DNA from: Klebsormidium nitens
Taxonomy: Eukaryota > Plantae > Klebsormidiophyceae
Length of the DNA stretch: 32,490 bases
Direction of reading: 5' to 3'
NCBI GenBank assembly: GCA_000708835.1
Contig: DF237724.1
Coordinates: forward strand, 1-32,490
Shown here piece after piece: positions 19,301-30,714 of this stretch. The notes under the pieces were generated by a model. It ran no database searches and had not been told where the DNA came from. It was given only the letters and a program-made list of their open reading frames with translations. Within the stretch, counting starts at the first letter, position 1, and every line of letters starts with the position of its first letter. The translations under genes and the position numbers were made by a program.

Positions 19301-22300
19301 GATATTATTGGATAAGGAAACAATACTTCACTCTGGCCCGTACAAAATGAGATTGACTGGGTCGCGCTACAAGCCAAGTGCTCTATGTGGGCAAATCAAA
19401 CTTTTCTTTTGATGACACTGAACACTTTCTCGTCTCCTTTCCGCACAGGACTTCCCCCTAAAGACCCCCGACAGCCCGCCGTCCTCCCCCTTCGAGCGCG
19501 ACCTCTTGGACTACCTAGAAGCCCTCCGGTGGCCCGGCGCGCTTGTCCCCTCCCCAGACGGCACCGACGAGGCGACACGTGTCAACGCCTCCTTCTTCCG
19601 GCGGTTCGACTTCTCGCGCGCGGCGGTCCGGCTGGTGGGGTCAGTGCCTGGGTACCATGGCGGGGCGGCGCTGCGCAAGTGGGGGCACATGAAGATGCGC
19701 GCGGTGCTCGAGGAGGAGGCGTTTGGGGACGACTTCAGGAGGGCGCCGCTCGTGTATCAGGTGAGGCGCCCGCTGGGGCGTTCTTTTGGGTAAAAGGTTT
19801 GCGAGTTTGCTGACTGTGATATTTCATTTTTCATCTTTCGGTTGGTAGACAGCACGTCCAACGAGTGAGCTTTTTGGGAAAAAAAGTTCATTGCATGTTC
19901 CTTCATTTGGGCAGTGGCTCGCGAAGATTGCTCTTGGGATTGACCGTGTATTCTCCGTTGCAAGCCAGGTTGTGTGGTTCGGTCTACCTATTACAACACG
20001 AAGACTTCTAAGTATTTGATGGGAAGTCGAAGATGCTGCTGGCAAAGTAACGCATTGGGTCCCATCATGAATCTGGTTCCAATTTTCAACGCGAGTGTAG
20101 GGCTGGAGTTGACTTCTTTGTGGCTCCTTTTCCGACTCGTCAAGCTTTTACCTTCTGGTCCGATCCTCGAAATCAAGCCGTCTTGCCTCTACTCAAAAGC
20201 TTCATTGGAATCCTTGATGGAAACCCAGAGATGTGTTTTGCAAATTAGTGTGTCCCAGCAATCTGTCGCAACCATTGAGCATTTCCAAGCCAACGCCGGT
20301 GCATTTGGCCTTGGTCGAGTCTTGTCGATGCAACTCGTCTGGAAACGGCCAATCCCTGTGAAGCAGCTTTCTCGCGCCTTCCTGCCGTGGAATTTCTTGC
20401 TCCATCAGATAGTATTTTCAATTGGGTATTGCCGAAAGCGAGACACGGGACAAGCGCACTCTTTCCGACCGACCCCGGACAGCTCACCCCGCTGAGCTTT
20501 ACTTCGTCCTCCTCTCTCACTTCGCCCTCCTGAAATCTCCCCTCTCTTCTTCCAACCCCCTCCTGGTTCTCGCCCGCCGAGATCCCTCCACGAGCGCTGG
20601 AAGGCCGGAATGGCGTTCCTGCCTGAGCCAGGATCGGACGCTTTTCGGACCGCGCTGATGCCTTTTCCCTCCCCTCCTCTACTTTCTCATCGCTGGGCTC
20701 CCTGGACGAGCTGTGAACTTCCAAAGCATTGTCCAGCCTGAGCCACATCCGGACGGCTTTCGGACACTTGCTGATTTTTGCCCCATTTCTCCCTTTCCTA
20801 GTTCTCGTCGCTGGGCTCCCTGGACGAGCGCTGGATGTCCGAATTCTTGGCTAGCCTGAGCAAGGGCCGGACGGCTTCCGGACCGCCGCTTGGTCTGGGA
20901 GAGGTGCGCGTCGTGTGGCCGACAGTAGAGGACGTGCGGCAGTCCATAGAGGGCTACTGCGCGGGGGGCGCAATCCCTGGGCCTGAGAAAAATGTGGCGC
21001 GGCCATGGCTGCAGCGATACTGGTCCAAGTTTCAGGTAAGCAGAAAATGATCAGTGCATTTTTTGATGATGAGTTCCATAGTTCGACTGTTGCCGTATAC
21101 GAGCATAGTGAAAAAATGATGAAGACGATATATCAGCGGTCGGCGCTTCGACTCTGTTGACTTCGAAGATAGAAAGAAGAGCGTACTTGTTTCAGTACCT
21201 CGGCTTTTCAGTCGAGCGGTCGTCACGTACGCTTCTCTGAAGGTGCAGGTAAACTTGAAGCTCTTTCTGATCCTCAACTCACGATCATCCGAAGGGTTCG
21301 CCAAGTGGTTTGTGATCTGTCCCGTAAGTATGAGCCATCAAGCCTCTCGCAAAGTTCAAACTGCTATTCAAGTCGCATCAAGGGAACGTTGCTCCCGTCA
21401 ACGCTGGGGGGAGAGAGAAGCCTTTGGCTGTCCGCTTAGATTTACCGTCATCATTCTTCTCAGGTTCGGGACATCATGGTTTCACACAACAAATAGGTTC
21501 AGATTCTTGCAACGCTTTGCGGAGCGGGCCGCCTGGCGGTGAATGCCGGGCACAGATCTGCAGCCGTCCCAAGGCTACATTGGGTACATCGAACGGCTTG
21601 TTTTTGCAGCCGTCCAGATCCAAATTGCGACACGGACCTGCTCAAGAACGTCCAGCTTACAAATATCCTCTCATGTCTTTCCTGCAGGCGGACCACGCGG
21701 GGCGCGGACGCGTGATGCCGCACATCAAGACGTTCGTGCGGCACCGCGGGAACGACGTCGCGTGGTGCCTGCTCACGAGCGCCAACCTGAGCAAGGCGGC
21801 CTGGGGGTCGCTGCAGAGAAACGATACCCAGCTCATGGTGCGGTCGTACGAGCTGGGGGTACTGTTTGTGCCGTCGCTGGTTGCGCGCTACGGCCTCGGG
21901 GAGCAGTTCTCGTGTACGGACAACGCAGCCGGGGGGGCGGGGCAGAATCTTAGAATTCTAACGCCAGGGGGTAACCGCAAAACCTCTGGCGGGGTTGCTC
22001 AGAAAGCGAGGGTAGAGGAAGTAAAGGAGGGCGGTGAAGTGGGTGCCTGCGAAGGAGAAAGCATTTTTGAGGCTGGCAGTCCGGGCGGGTTTGAAAAGGG
22101 GGGTCCGACAAGTGGAAAGAGAAAACGTACCGGGGAGAGATCCGGGGGCGAAGGATCGGAGACGAGGACCCGGGAAGAAGCAGCGGGAGAGAAAGGCAGG
22201 GCAGAAGGACCAGGGGGAAGGACCGGGGGTGACGCACAAGGGCAGAGAACGGTACGCTTCGTTAGCACTGCCGAGCGGCCGGGCCCGCACGATTCGCAGC

Positions 22301-22809
22301 TGCCGAACAGCGAGCCGTCCGATGGAACGCCGGTGATCGTCCGGCTGCCGATCCCGTACGCACTGCCGCCAGCAAAGTACGGCCCCAAAGGTGAGGCTCT
22401 GAGTCAACATTAATAAACCGCTCTCCCCTGATTAACCTCTTCTTGGACCGTGAATACTCCAGTGAGGCTCTTGGCCTGCTGCTACAACGTGCGAGAAGGC
22501 TTGGCAACGCAAAGACTTGCTGCGGTTTTTGGGAGAGGCCGGAAAAAGGGGGAGACAGGACGATAAGCACAAACGCGGAGAAGGACGGAGATGCACACGT
22601 GAAACCACCTTAACCTCTGGCGCAAAGAGTTCCTTTCAGATTGCAAATTCTCATTGTGGGTTATATCTCGGCTATCTGACCCCAAGTCGTCCACTGCAGA
22701 CCGCCCTTGGGCCGTGGACAGGCAGTACGTCCAACCCGACGTGTACGGAGAAACTTGGCCTCGGACGGTGGTCAAATACGGAGTGAAGCAGGCAGACGAG
22801 GGGGAATGA
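16304..22809 (+). CDS. TDP1: Tyrosyl-DNA phosphodiesterase 1 (plant alpha type, N-terminal FHA-like domain), about 923 aa, 8 exons
   Basis: Exons 16304-16531, 16724-17536, 17835-18032, 18726-18899, 19449-19760, 20802-21035, 21688-22390 and 22700-22809 total 2772 nt in frame. Catalytic motifs [13 protein letters not shown] and [17 protein letters not shown]. Also [30 protein letters not shown]-like [18 protein letters not shown] and [11 protein letters not shown]-like LGR..VSRRH..VGQNP. Intron 4 uses a GC donor (CAG|GCAAGC at 18900). Confidence 0.95.
18579..18725 (+). repeat. Approximately 60-bp direct duplication (period 85) of the 3' end of TDP1 intron 3
   Basis: CATACTCCTGAGAGCTT..GTGACTT..AT/GCCAACCACAGCAGAYGCTCTG..GCAG at 18579-18638 and 18664-18725. 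The second copy ends at the acceptor used in the model. Confidence 0.85.
20540..20890 (+). repeat. Three tandem copies (about 117-bp period) of the acceptor plus 5' part of TDP1 exon 6; two are decayed pseudo-exons
   Basis: Exon-like starts at 20567, 20684 and 20802 share TTCTC..CGCTGGGCTCCCTGGACGAG..GCCTGAGC..CGGACGGCTT.CGGAC. Only the third keeps the AG acceptor. Copy 2 reads [10 protein letters not shown]. Confidence 0.85.
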
Positions 22810-23149
22810 GAGAAACTGAGCTTACTCGGGGACTGGTTCCATACCGGAAAAAGTGAGGTTTGACGTATTATGCCGTCCGTGGCCGGTGAGTAAGCCCCCA
22901 ACGCCAATCAACAGAAGTAATTCAAATCCGGCGTCAGTTTCACAGTCCTCGGTTGGCCCAGGTTTTCACTCGCAAAGATTTACATCGTCTGTGGTTGCAC
23001 TCCTGCGAGTTTCAATCATGATTGAGTCAAACGATTTAACCGTACTGTTCCACCGTGTTGTTGAGACCGCAGCATGCTCAGGCAAGCAGCAGAAGACCTA
23101 CCGAATTCTCATTCGTTGCCAAACCTTTTATATCATGCTATTGGTGAAG

Positions 23150-23700
23150 CGCTCATGCTAAGGAAGGCCTATGTAGCGTGCATGCTCATGTCCCGGCCGA
23201 CAACTTGCATAGTATGCATACATATCATGATATGTGCGCGGGATCCGAGTTTGCAAACGTGCGGCGCCGACCGACCCCACCTAGCATGCCAGGACCTGAT
23301 TTGGAAACAGGAGATCGGACAACCATATATAAAATCTGCATGTGAGTTCGTCTCGAAGGACACAGCAGGATCTGCCTTAGTATGATGCAGACGATTACCG
23401 CACCCGACAAGAAGTTGCACATTTGTACAAAGCTGGCCGCCTCGGTCGATGCAGTGCCAATGAAGATGATAGATGCCGGTCGCAAGCATGCTGCTGATCT
23501 ATAAGCAGGCCAGCTGGCGACCAGCGGAAAAACGTTTTTGCAAACAAGTTACTGATTTAATGGTGTTTCGCGCCACGGTGCAAGAACTCCATTCAACGAT
23601 CCGCCTTGCAGCTATGCACGTTATACATGAAAGCATGTCTGCATGACGTGCAAAACTTTTTTGTAAGAATGTACAGGGTTCTCTTATGAGCTACACCAGA
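23150..23700. other. Palindrome-dense intergenic tract 3, between convergent TDP1 and 2OG-oxygenase genes
   Basis: CATATCATGATATG 23221-23234, GTTTGCAAAC 23249-23258, TTTGTACAAA 23422-23431, AAAAACGTTTTT 23528-23539, TTTGCAAA 23537-23544, and many GCATGC/ATGCAT. Confidence 0.65.
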
Positions 23701-23865
23701 CATAATATGTATAACCGGACTTGCACTCGTGTTAAGCGCGACTCCATTCACTAATACCTTCATCACGACGAGCAGATTGGCCAGCGTTCAAGATGTTAGA
23801 TCGTCACGATTGTCTGGAGTACTGCAGGTTTTGCTGAACCTGCTTTTCCGCCGATCTGAGATTAT

Positions 23866-26800
23866 TCACACTCCACGAGTTGAATTTAAGCCCTCCCCCA
23901 GCAAGTCACCGAGCATGTTGCGGATGAGGGCTCGATTGTCTCGTAGTTTCTTTGCTTTCATCGCAAGCTTTCTTTGATCCCAGATCGCTCCCCTTAATTC
24001 TGATTGATCCGGGAACTTATCGGATCCCGCTTTTGTCCACTCAAGGTCAGTTTGTCCATCTCGCTCTTCCGGCGAGATGGGCAGATTGTACCTGCGTTAA
24101 GGGTAGTTGGGCGTGGTTTGAGACAAGTATGAGTTCTGGATCACGAAATCTCCAAGATCTAAGCTCCACAATACCGGGATCTTTCTGTGGAGTTGTAACC
24201 ACAGTCAAGGTCGAAACGCAGAAGATCCCCTCTCAACCGTGCCTAAAGCCTTCGCGCCTTTCGACACAAACGGCAGCCGGAAGTAAGGGGCGTTACTAGA
24301 CCCATAAACCTTTCGAACTTATCCAGCAAACAGATTAAAGGGTTCGACCTTCACTTACCATCCTTGCTTTTACAGAGTGAGAGACGTGACGGACTCACCT
24401 TTGCACGCTGTCCCGCAGATGCGCCTCCTCGTCTTCTGTCACTTCCTCCATCAGCAAGTACGCACGGGCCGGATCGAGGCACAGCTTCACCAGCTCCTGA
24501 CACCGCTTACAGCTGCAAACGCACGTGACGGGCATCGCCCAGTTACGCGGCTCGCGAGGTTTCACGCAGACCTCTTCCCGCAGCTCGGCCAGGCAGCCCA
24601 GGCAGAGTTTCACAAACCAGGGCGCGTCCTTTGCGCGCTCGGCCCCTAACCACTCAAAGAGCGGCTCGATTGCTGGAAGCATTGTTTTGCCCATGTCGTG
24701 AAGCCGGGGCTTGGCGAGCAGGTGAGCGACTACCGACTCCATAGTTTCTGGGGGGACTTCGAGACAGTAGAGCGACTCAAGCAACTGGCAGGCCCACTCG
24801 GGGCTCCGCGCTGGGCTTGGATCATACTCCGATCGCGTTGGGGCGTCCTCTTCTACGAGAAGCGTGGTGACTACCGCGTCCTTTAGTAATTCGCAGAAAC
24901 CCTGGGCGGCAGGCAAGAGGTCGCCATCCGTGCGTCCGGGCGGGCGTCCGATCGCTTTCTCGACCGCAATCCGGAAAAGCAGCTCCGTGGCCGAAGTTGT
25001 CGAAATCCTGGCCAAGTTCTTCGTCATTTTCAGTGTCAGCGGCGCCCACTGATCGGGTCCGTAGCGCGCGAGTAAGCTCCGGTGGCGGTCATGTCGTCGA
25101 CGCCGATTTTGAGAGATCGTAACCGTAGTCCGACACTTCACCAGCGAAGCGCTGCCAGAGAATGCGCCAAGTCAACCAATTGACGGCGGCCGCGCACACA
25201 TCGACATGCTCCCAGTCGCTTGCTTCCGCAGCCAATCCGTCCTCGCGCTCTTCGCCCCCGGTCGAAGACTTTGGGCCGAGTCCCGCGGCCGTGCCGTATT
25301 TCGTTGCTAGAGGGGGCTCTTCTTGAGCGGCCCCTTCGCGGTTCGCAAGGGGCGGTGCTATGTCTAGCATGAGCCAGAAGCTGCGTGCCAGGTTGGAAGG
25401 GTGGAAGGAACGTTGAAGCGCGGCTAGAAGCGGCGTGTGGAGGCCCCCCCAGCCGAAGTGGGCCCCGAGCGGAGCCACCACGGGCTCGCCAGGCGCGTGT
25501 GGGCCGCCATAGTTTGAGACAAACGCCTGGAAGCAGCAGGGGGAACGAGAATGAACGGTCGCTGACCTTCTCGTAGGTACAGCAGATGTTGCGGACTCGG
25601 AAGGTGACCAAAGCCTATTTCCATCTCCCAGATCAAGAAGCGTGGTTTTGCCATGAGGAACTTGTGACTGGGAATTTGCATCGTTGAATGGACGATGGGA
25701 AGGCCCGAAAAGTTACGAAGAAGGAGCAATGCGATCTTCACAAAAGCTAGGCCCCTGACGGGTTGGAACGCAGATCCAGTACAGTATCTGCTCCGACGTG
25801 TGTTGGTTAAGAATACTAATGCTCAGGATTTGCATTCTTTTTGTGTCTTCTCAATTTGGCTTTCTTGAAACACTCAAGGCAGCACCCCTACACGAAAGTC
25901 GCAATCGTCATTTCTCACCAGAATTGGATGCTTACCTCTGCATGGTCCTGGGTACCGTGTTGGATGATGAGTTCGGCCAGCTTTCTGGCACAATCTTCGG
26001 AAAGCAACTCCGAGTGTGGGCACAGCGCCTTGAGCGCCCGCGATATTTCGTCTTCGAGGGACACGTGGCCGTGCTTGAGAACGACGACTGTGCTCGCCTC
26101 TCGGGGCGAAAGGGTGCCCGAGCGCATCCCTACGGGCTCGAACGTGCCGGGCCGAGCTCTCAACCTGTCGGAGATTGAGCACGCCTCCTGGGAGAAACCG
26201 GAAACGGAAGACAGGTGAAGCAAAGCACCCTTCTTTCATCCTTGTCGATCAGTTGCAAGTCCTTAAAGTACGGTACCATTCACGAGCATGTTTTCTGATG
26301 CGCTTTAGAAGGATATGCACAGATACGATGAATAGGATACGAAGTTGCCAAATCCAATTTGAATTTGCTTCGGCGAAAGTTTGTTGCTCCTTACCATAAC
26401 GGCCGTGTCTGCATTGTCGGCGCTGATCACCTCCCAGTGATCCCTGTGTAGCCAGAGGATGACTGCTGCCTGGTGGTACCAGCGGTCCTGTTTCACGCCC
26501 TGGTTCCCGGTGTCCTCCCCTGCTTGCACCTTGTCCCAGCCCCGGTGGTCGAGGGCGTCGTTTGGAACGAGCTCTGAGGGAATCGAAGCAGGATAAGTTT
26601 CCGGGTGAACGCGTCTACTCTGCAGGTAGTGTTTGAATAGAAGCTTCATCCGCTGAAATTGCAGGAGAAAGAATGCTGCGATCTTCGCGTTACAGCAGAC
26701 TCTTTATATGATCTGCCCAATGAAAATGCAGCCTTGAGTATTCGTATCACCTCAAACCATCTCTCTTGCGGAACTTCAGTCATCTTCTCGGACACCAATG

Positions 26801-29195
26801 ATTTTGAAATATCAATTCTCCTTATGTGGCTATAGAGACGAGCTAGCATTTCAATGATCAGAATACAAATACAGTCCTATCCCAAGTAGATTTGGTTCAA
26901 CACGCTCACCTCTCCGACTGAAGTTGAGCATGTCATATTTGTGCTTTTCCTTGTCGACAGCCACCAGATCGCGCAACTTCGAATAAGTACTTTCTATCCT
27001 GTCATAAGGTTTGTATTCTGAGTTTTCCCATCCCCTTTCGTATTCCCAACCCTCCTCATACTTCTCCAGCGTCCCTAAGTTACAATGGAACGGGGGTGCA
27101 CCCGGGGCCTGAACCACAAGAGCAGACGCCGCTTTTGAACAGGTCAACGTTCGTGGTACTGAATCTTACTTGCAAAAAGTTTTCTTGTGAAAAGCCTGGC
27201 GTAGTGGAATGCCGCGGACATATCGAACTGACCAAGACAACCAGCAGATACTAAGGACATGGTCAAGAGTGGCCAACTATGTACTATTCCAAATGGGAAA
27301 GCCTCTTCTGATTGGATTCAAGCGCAAGGCGCCCCCACCATCCAAATTTTCAGGGCCACTGCTTTCAGTCTGACAAAAAGCCAAGGAGCAAAGTCGTCCT
27401 CACCTTGGCTGCCTGTAGGAGGACGTCAATGGTGGCCATGTCCGTTCCCCGGAGGCTGTCGAAGGTCAGGCTCTTGCTCGAGTACTGGTGCGCCAAGGGG
27501 ATGACCAGCTTCTGGGGACCGCTCTTATCTCTGCTCCAAGTCTTTATGGCCTTCACAACCTGCTCTGCGGCTTCAGTGTTGTCAGCAGGCAATGGAACGC
27601 GCGTAGATCCCTGCAACGATCCACACTCTCATCACGAAGGGCATCGAGCAAGTTGGAACAGGACGATTGAACGGACCCAAACGATAGCTTTATGTGCTTC
27701 CCTGCCTTGCAACTCTGGTTCGGGTTCTCAGCAAGTCAAGGAAACCTAACCAGGACATCCAAAACAACGACTTCGTAAGGGGTCAACTCGCTTTCAAGCC
27801 CTGACAGGGTTTCTTGAAAGTCAAATGAACATGCAAGGAGTCAGTCAGATGCGTGCCAATCTGTCTCAGATTGCTAGCACATTTGTTGAGCAACGACATG
27901 ATGTTTTATGAAGCAAGCAACCTAAGAACGACAATAAGCTACTTGGATGCCCATACCTGAGCAATCAGGTTATAGATAAGAGCCAGGCGGTACCCTGAGC
28001 GAACTGGACGCAGCTCGTGCTGACAGTCGGCAAAGAAGGCGGCGTAGTGCAGACGATACAGGTCCATGCTGCCGAAATCGATGACAATCTTCTGGTTGGC
28101 GTGGCGAACGACGAGCTCTCCTAAAAGCAGACTTCGAAGGAGTCTAAGGCAAGTAGTGTGGAGCAAAAATAAAGTCCAGAATTTCCCTTCAACAACACAG
28201 CAGTGTTCCTGACACCGGTCTATTAGATGTATAAGAGCAGACAGAATGTTTTGTTGCACGTACAGTCAAAGCAAGTTGCAACATGGGAATCAGGCGAAGA
28301 TCGAGAAAACACGTGATAAAGAACCTTGACCTCAGTCTGCTCACCTCCAGAATGTGCAGAGGGTAGGGCAACCATGGTCCCAAACATGCCTTCCTCTTTC
28401 TCAGTGTCGCGATGAGTCGTGAAGAAGCCCCCAGCCTCATATAAGAGGCACTTGTAGAGGCTTGGGACTACTTTGAGAGTGTCTGGAAGGCGGAGGTCCC
28501 GCTTGACTCTCTCGTCTGTCAGCTGACGAACCTGAGAGTCCCAGTCCGGGCCTGCCAGCCTAAACTCTTGCGGAGACAGCTGCCGGCATTTGCGGACACT
28601 GTCGTCGTAAATGGTCGCTTCCCTGATAGACGAACCAGGGAGAAAACGCCTTAGTATCGAGGCTGCTTGTTGATTCTGCATCCTTCCATCTTGAGGCTAT
28701 CTGTTGATAAAATGGTGATCCTGGTCCAATGCTTCTTCAAGGAGCAATAAGAAGAAACAACCGAAACAAAAAAGTTGTCTCGGGAAGCAATTGTAGGATT
28801 TTCAGATACCTGAGAGAAGCAGTTTGAAGGGTCATTGGATTGCATGTTGGATTGGCAGACAATCGTAAATCTTCTAGAGCATCGGTTGTGGCTACGAGCA
28901 TGAACATAAAGCTTTGAAAGAATGATATTTGAGAAATAAAAAAGAGGATGAAACCCAGCGCACTTAGCTCTGCACCCTCACCTGCGACCGAAAGGTGCTG
29001 GGGGAGATACTTGAGCTAGCTGCTGTGCTTGGTAGGGGAGAAGCGGCAAGCTTATTGGGCCAAGAGCAGGGACCTCCAGTCCTGGAAGGCTAAAGAACTT
29101 GAGCGTGTGGATCACACAGAAGCTCCAGATTGCTTCACATTCTTGAGAGCAGTATGCAAGTCTGTATGATATGGGGCCCCAGAGAGCCTCTTCAT
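23866..29195 (-). pseudogene. Large 2OG-Fe(II) oxygenase-superfamily gene (prolyl-hydroxylase-like N-domain, helical region, C-terminal CxCxxC), apparently frameshifted
   Basis: Approximate exons 29195-28982, 28622-28345, 28120-27957, 27610-27404, 27108-26910, 26573-26395, 26187-25936, an unclear exon at about 25750-25560, 25526-24399 and 24091-23866. Motifs: LPGLEV..LPL..QA..APFGR, DSVRK, LYKCLLYEAGGFFTTHRDTEKEEGMFG (HxD), GGELVVRH, YAAFFADCQHE..GYRLALIYNL (distal H, R), TGNQG..RWYHQAA, WAMPVTCVCSCKRC. Frame breaks at about 29125 and about 25100. The start codon is tentative. Confidence 0.75.
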
Positions 29196-30007
29196 CTTCA
29201 AATATCTGGTACTTCTGCGCTTAACTGCAGCAATGAATCTATTCATTTGTTCCAAGCTTTCGAAGCAGATTTGTTGGCTGAGAAACCTTATCAAGCATAC
29301 CTGAACAGCGGCGCGGTTCTCTCTCTGCAGTCCACACCCGCGGGGCGGCGCGAGTCTCCAATCCCACCCAACTTTCTCGGCCGTCCGATGGGCCGGGGGC
29401 ATCCGAATGCCGTCGATCCGAGATTCGGCTAAAATGTGCTGAAAGTGCCCGGTACGCCCGTGCATCTCATAAGCTATGCGCCGCCGAGTCGGAGTTGCAG
29501 TCAGTATGGACTTGTATCTTGCCACTGGACTGACTCGCGGCAGGAGGGCTGCATTGTGTGGCGCCACGGGCATTGGCGAGCTGGAAGGCGGAAGTGTGCG
29601 CGTCTTCTTTCTGGCAAGAGGTGAGCAATGCGGCATTTGTTTGCTTTCAAGTCGCTGTCACCAATGGAGAGTCGAGCTATCATTGAAGAGGCTGGTTGTA
29701 ATGCTGGATACTAGTACTGCCAGTGTAGCAAAGTCAAGCGCATTTGTCAGCAGTAGACTACTAAAGTGGAAAGACGTGACACTGGCTGCACTAATGGGGT
29801 CAAACTCCAAGGGCTCTTGTAGCACGCCACTCAGTACACTCCGAGTCATTGAGCTGAAGTGGTGGTCCAGGCTTCAGCTCAATGATTTGTGGAGAATAAA
29901 GCATGAGCTTTGAGGTACCTCCGTTGCCAACCAAAGTGCCTCCAAACTGGATGACTTACTGAAGCCCGGTCGAATTTGGCATCTTACACTGTGATCGTCG
30001 AGAGTGG

Positions 30008-30714
30008 NNNNNNNNNNNNNNNNNNNNNNNNNNNNNNNNNNNNNNNNNNNNNNNNNNNNNNNNNNNNNNNNNNNNNNNNNNNNNNNNNNNNNNNNNNNNN
30101 NNNNNNNNNNNNNNNNNNNNNNNNNNNNNNNNNNNNNNNNNNNNNNNNNNNNNNNNNNNNNNNNNNNNNNNNNNNNNNNNNNNNNNNNNNNNNNNNNNNN
30201 NNNNNNNNNNNNNNNNNNNNNNNNNNNNNNNNNNNNNNNNNNNNNNNNNNNNNNNNNNNNNNNNNNNNNNNNNNNNNNNNNNNNNNNNNNNNNNNNNNNN
30301 NNNNNNNNNNNNNNNNNNNNNNNNNNNNNNNNNNNNNNNNNNNNNNNNNNNNNNNNNNNNNNNNNNNNNNNNNNNNNNNNNNNNNNNNNNNNNNNNNNNN
30401 NNNNNNNNNNNNNNNNNNNNNNNNNNNNNNNNNNNNNNNNNNNNNNNNNNNNNNNNNNNNNNNNNNNNNNNNNNNNNNNNNNNNNNNNNNNNNNNNNNNN
30501 NNNNNNNNNNNNNNNNNNNNNNNNNNNNNNNNNNNNNNNNNNNNNNNNNNNNNNNNNNNNNNNNNNNNNNNNNNNNNNNNNNNNNNNNNNNNNNNNNNNN
30601 NNNNNNNNNNNNNNNNNNNNNNNNNNNNNNNNNNNNNNNNNNNNNNNNNNNNNNNNNNNNNNNNNNNNNNNNNNNNNNNNNNNNNNNNNNNNNNNNNNNN
30701 NNNNNNNNNNNNNN
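30008..30714. other. Assembly gap (707 N)
   Basis: Run of N. The poly-X ORFs across it are artefacts. Confidence 1.

Noticed and set aside
21424-21687. N-terminal part of ORF 21424-22413 as coding
   Set aside because: TDP1 homology starts only at the acceptor CTGCAG|21688. The upstream part is intron that happens to be open.
21950-22570. Cluster of overlapping minus-strand ORFs
   Set aside because: Antisense to the low-complexity TDP1 exon 7; compositional.
28982-29095. Acceptor TTTAG| at 29090 as a way to avoid the 2OG frameshift
   Set aside because: It is phase-compatible, but family-like residues (ALKNVKQSG, FCV) continue immediately upstream, which favours one longer exon with an indel. 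Not fully excluded.
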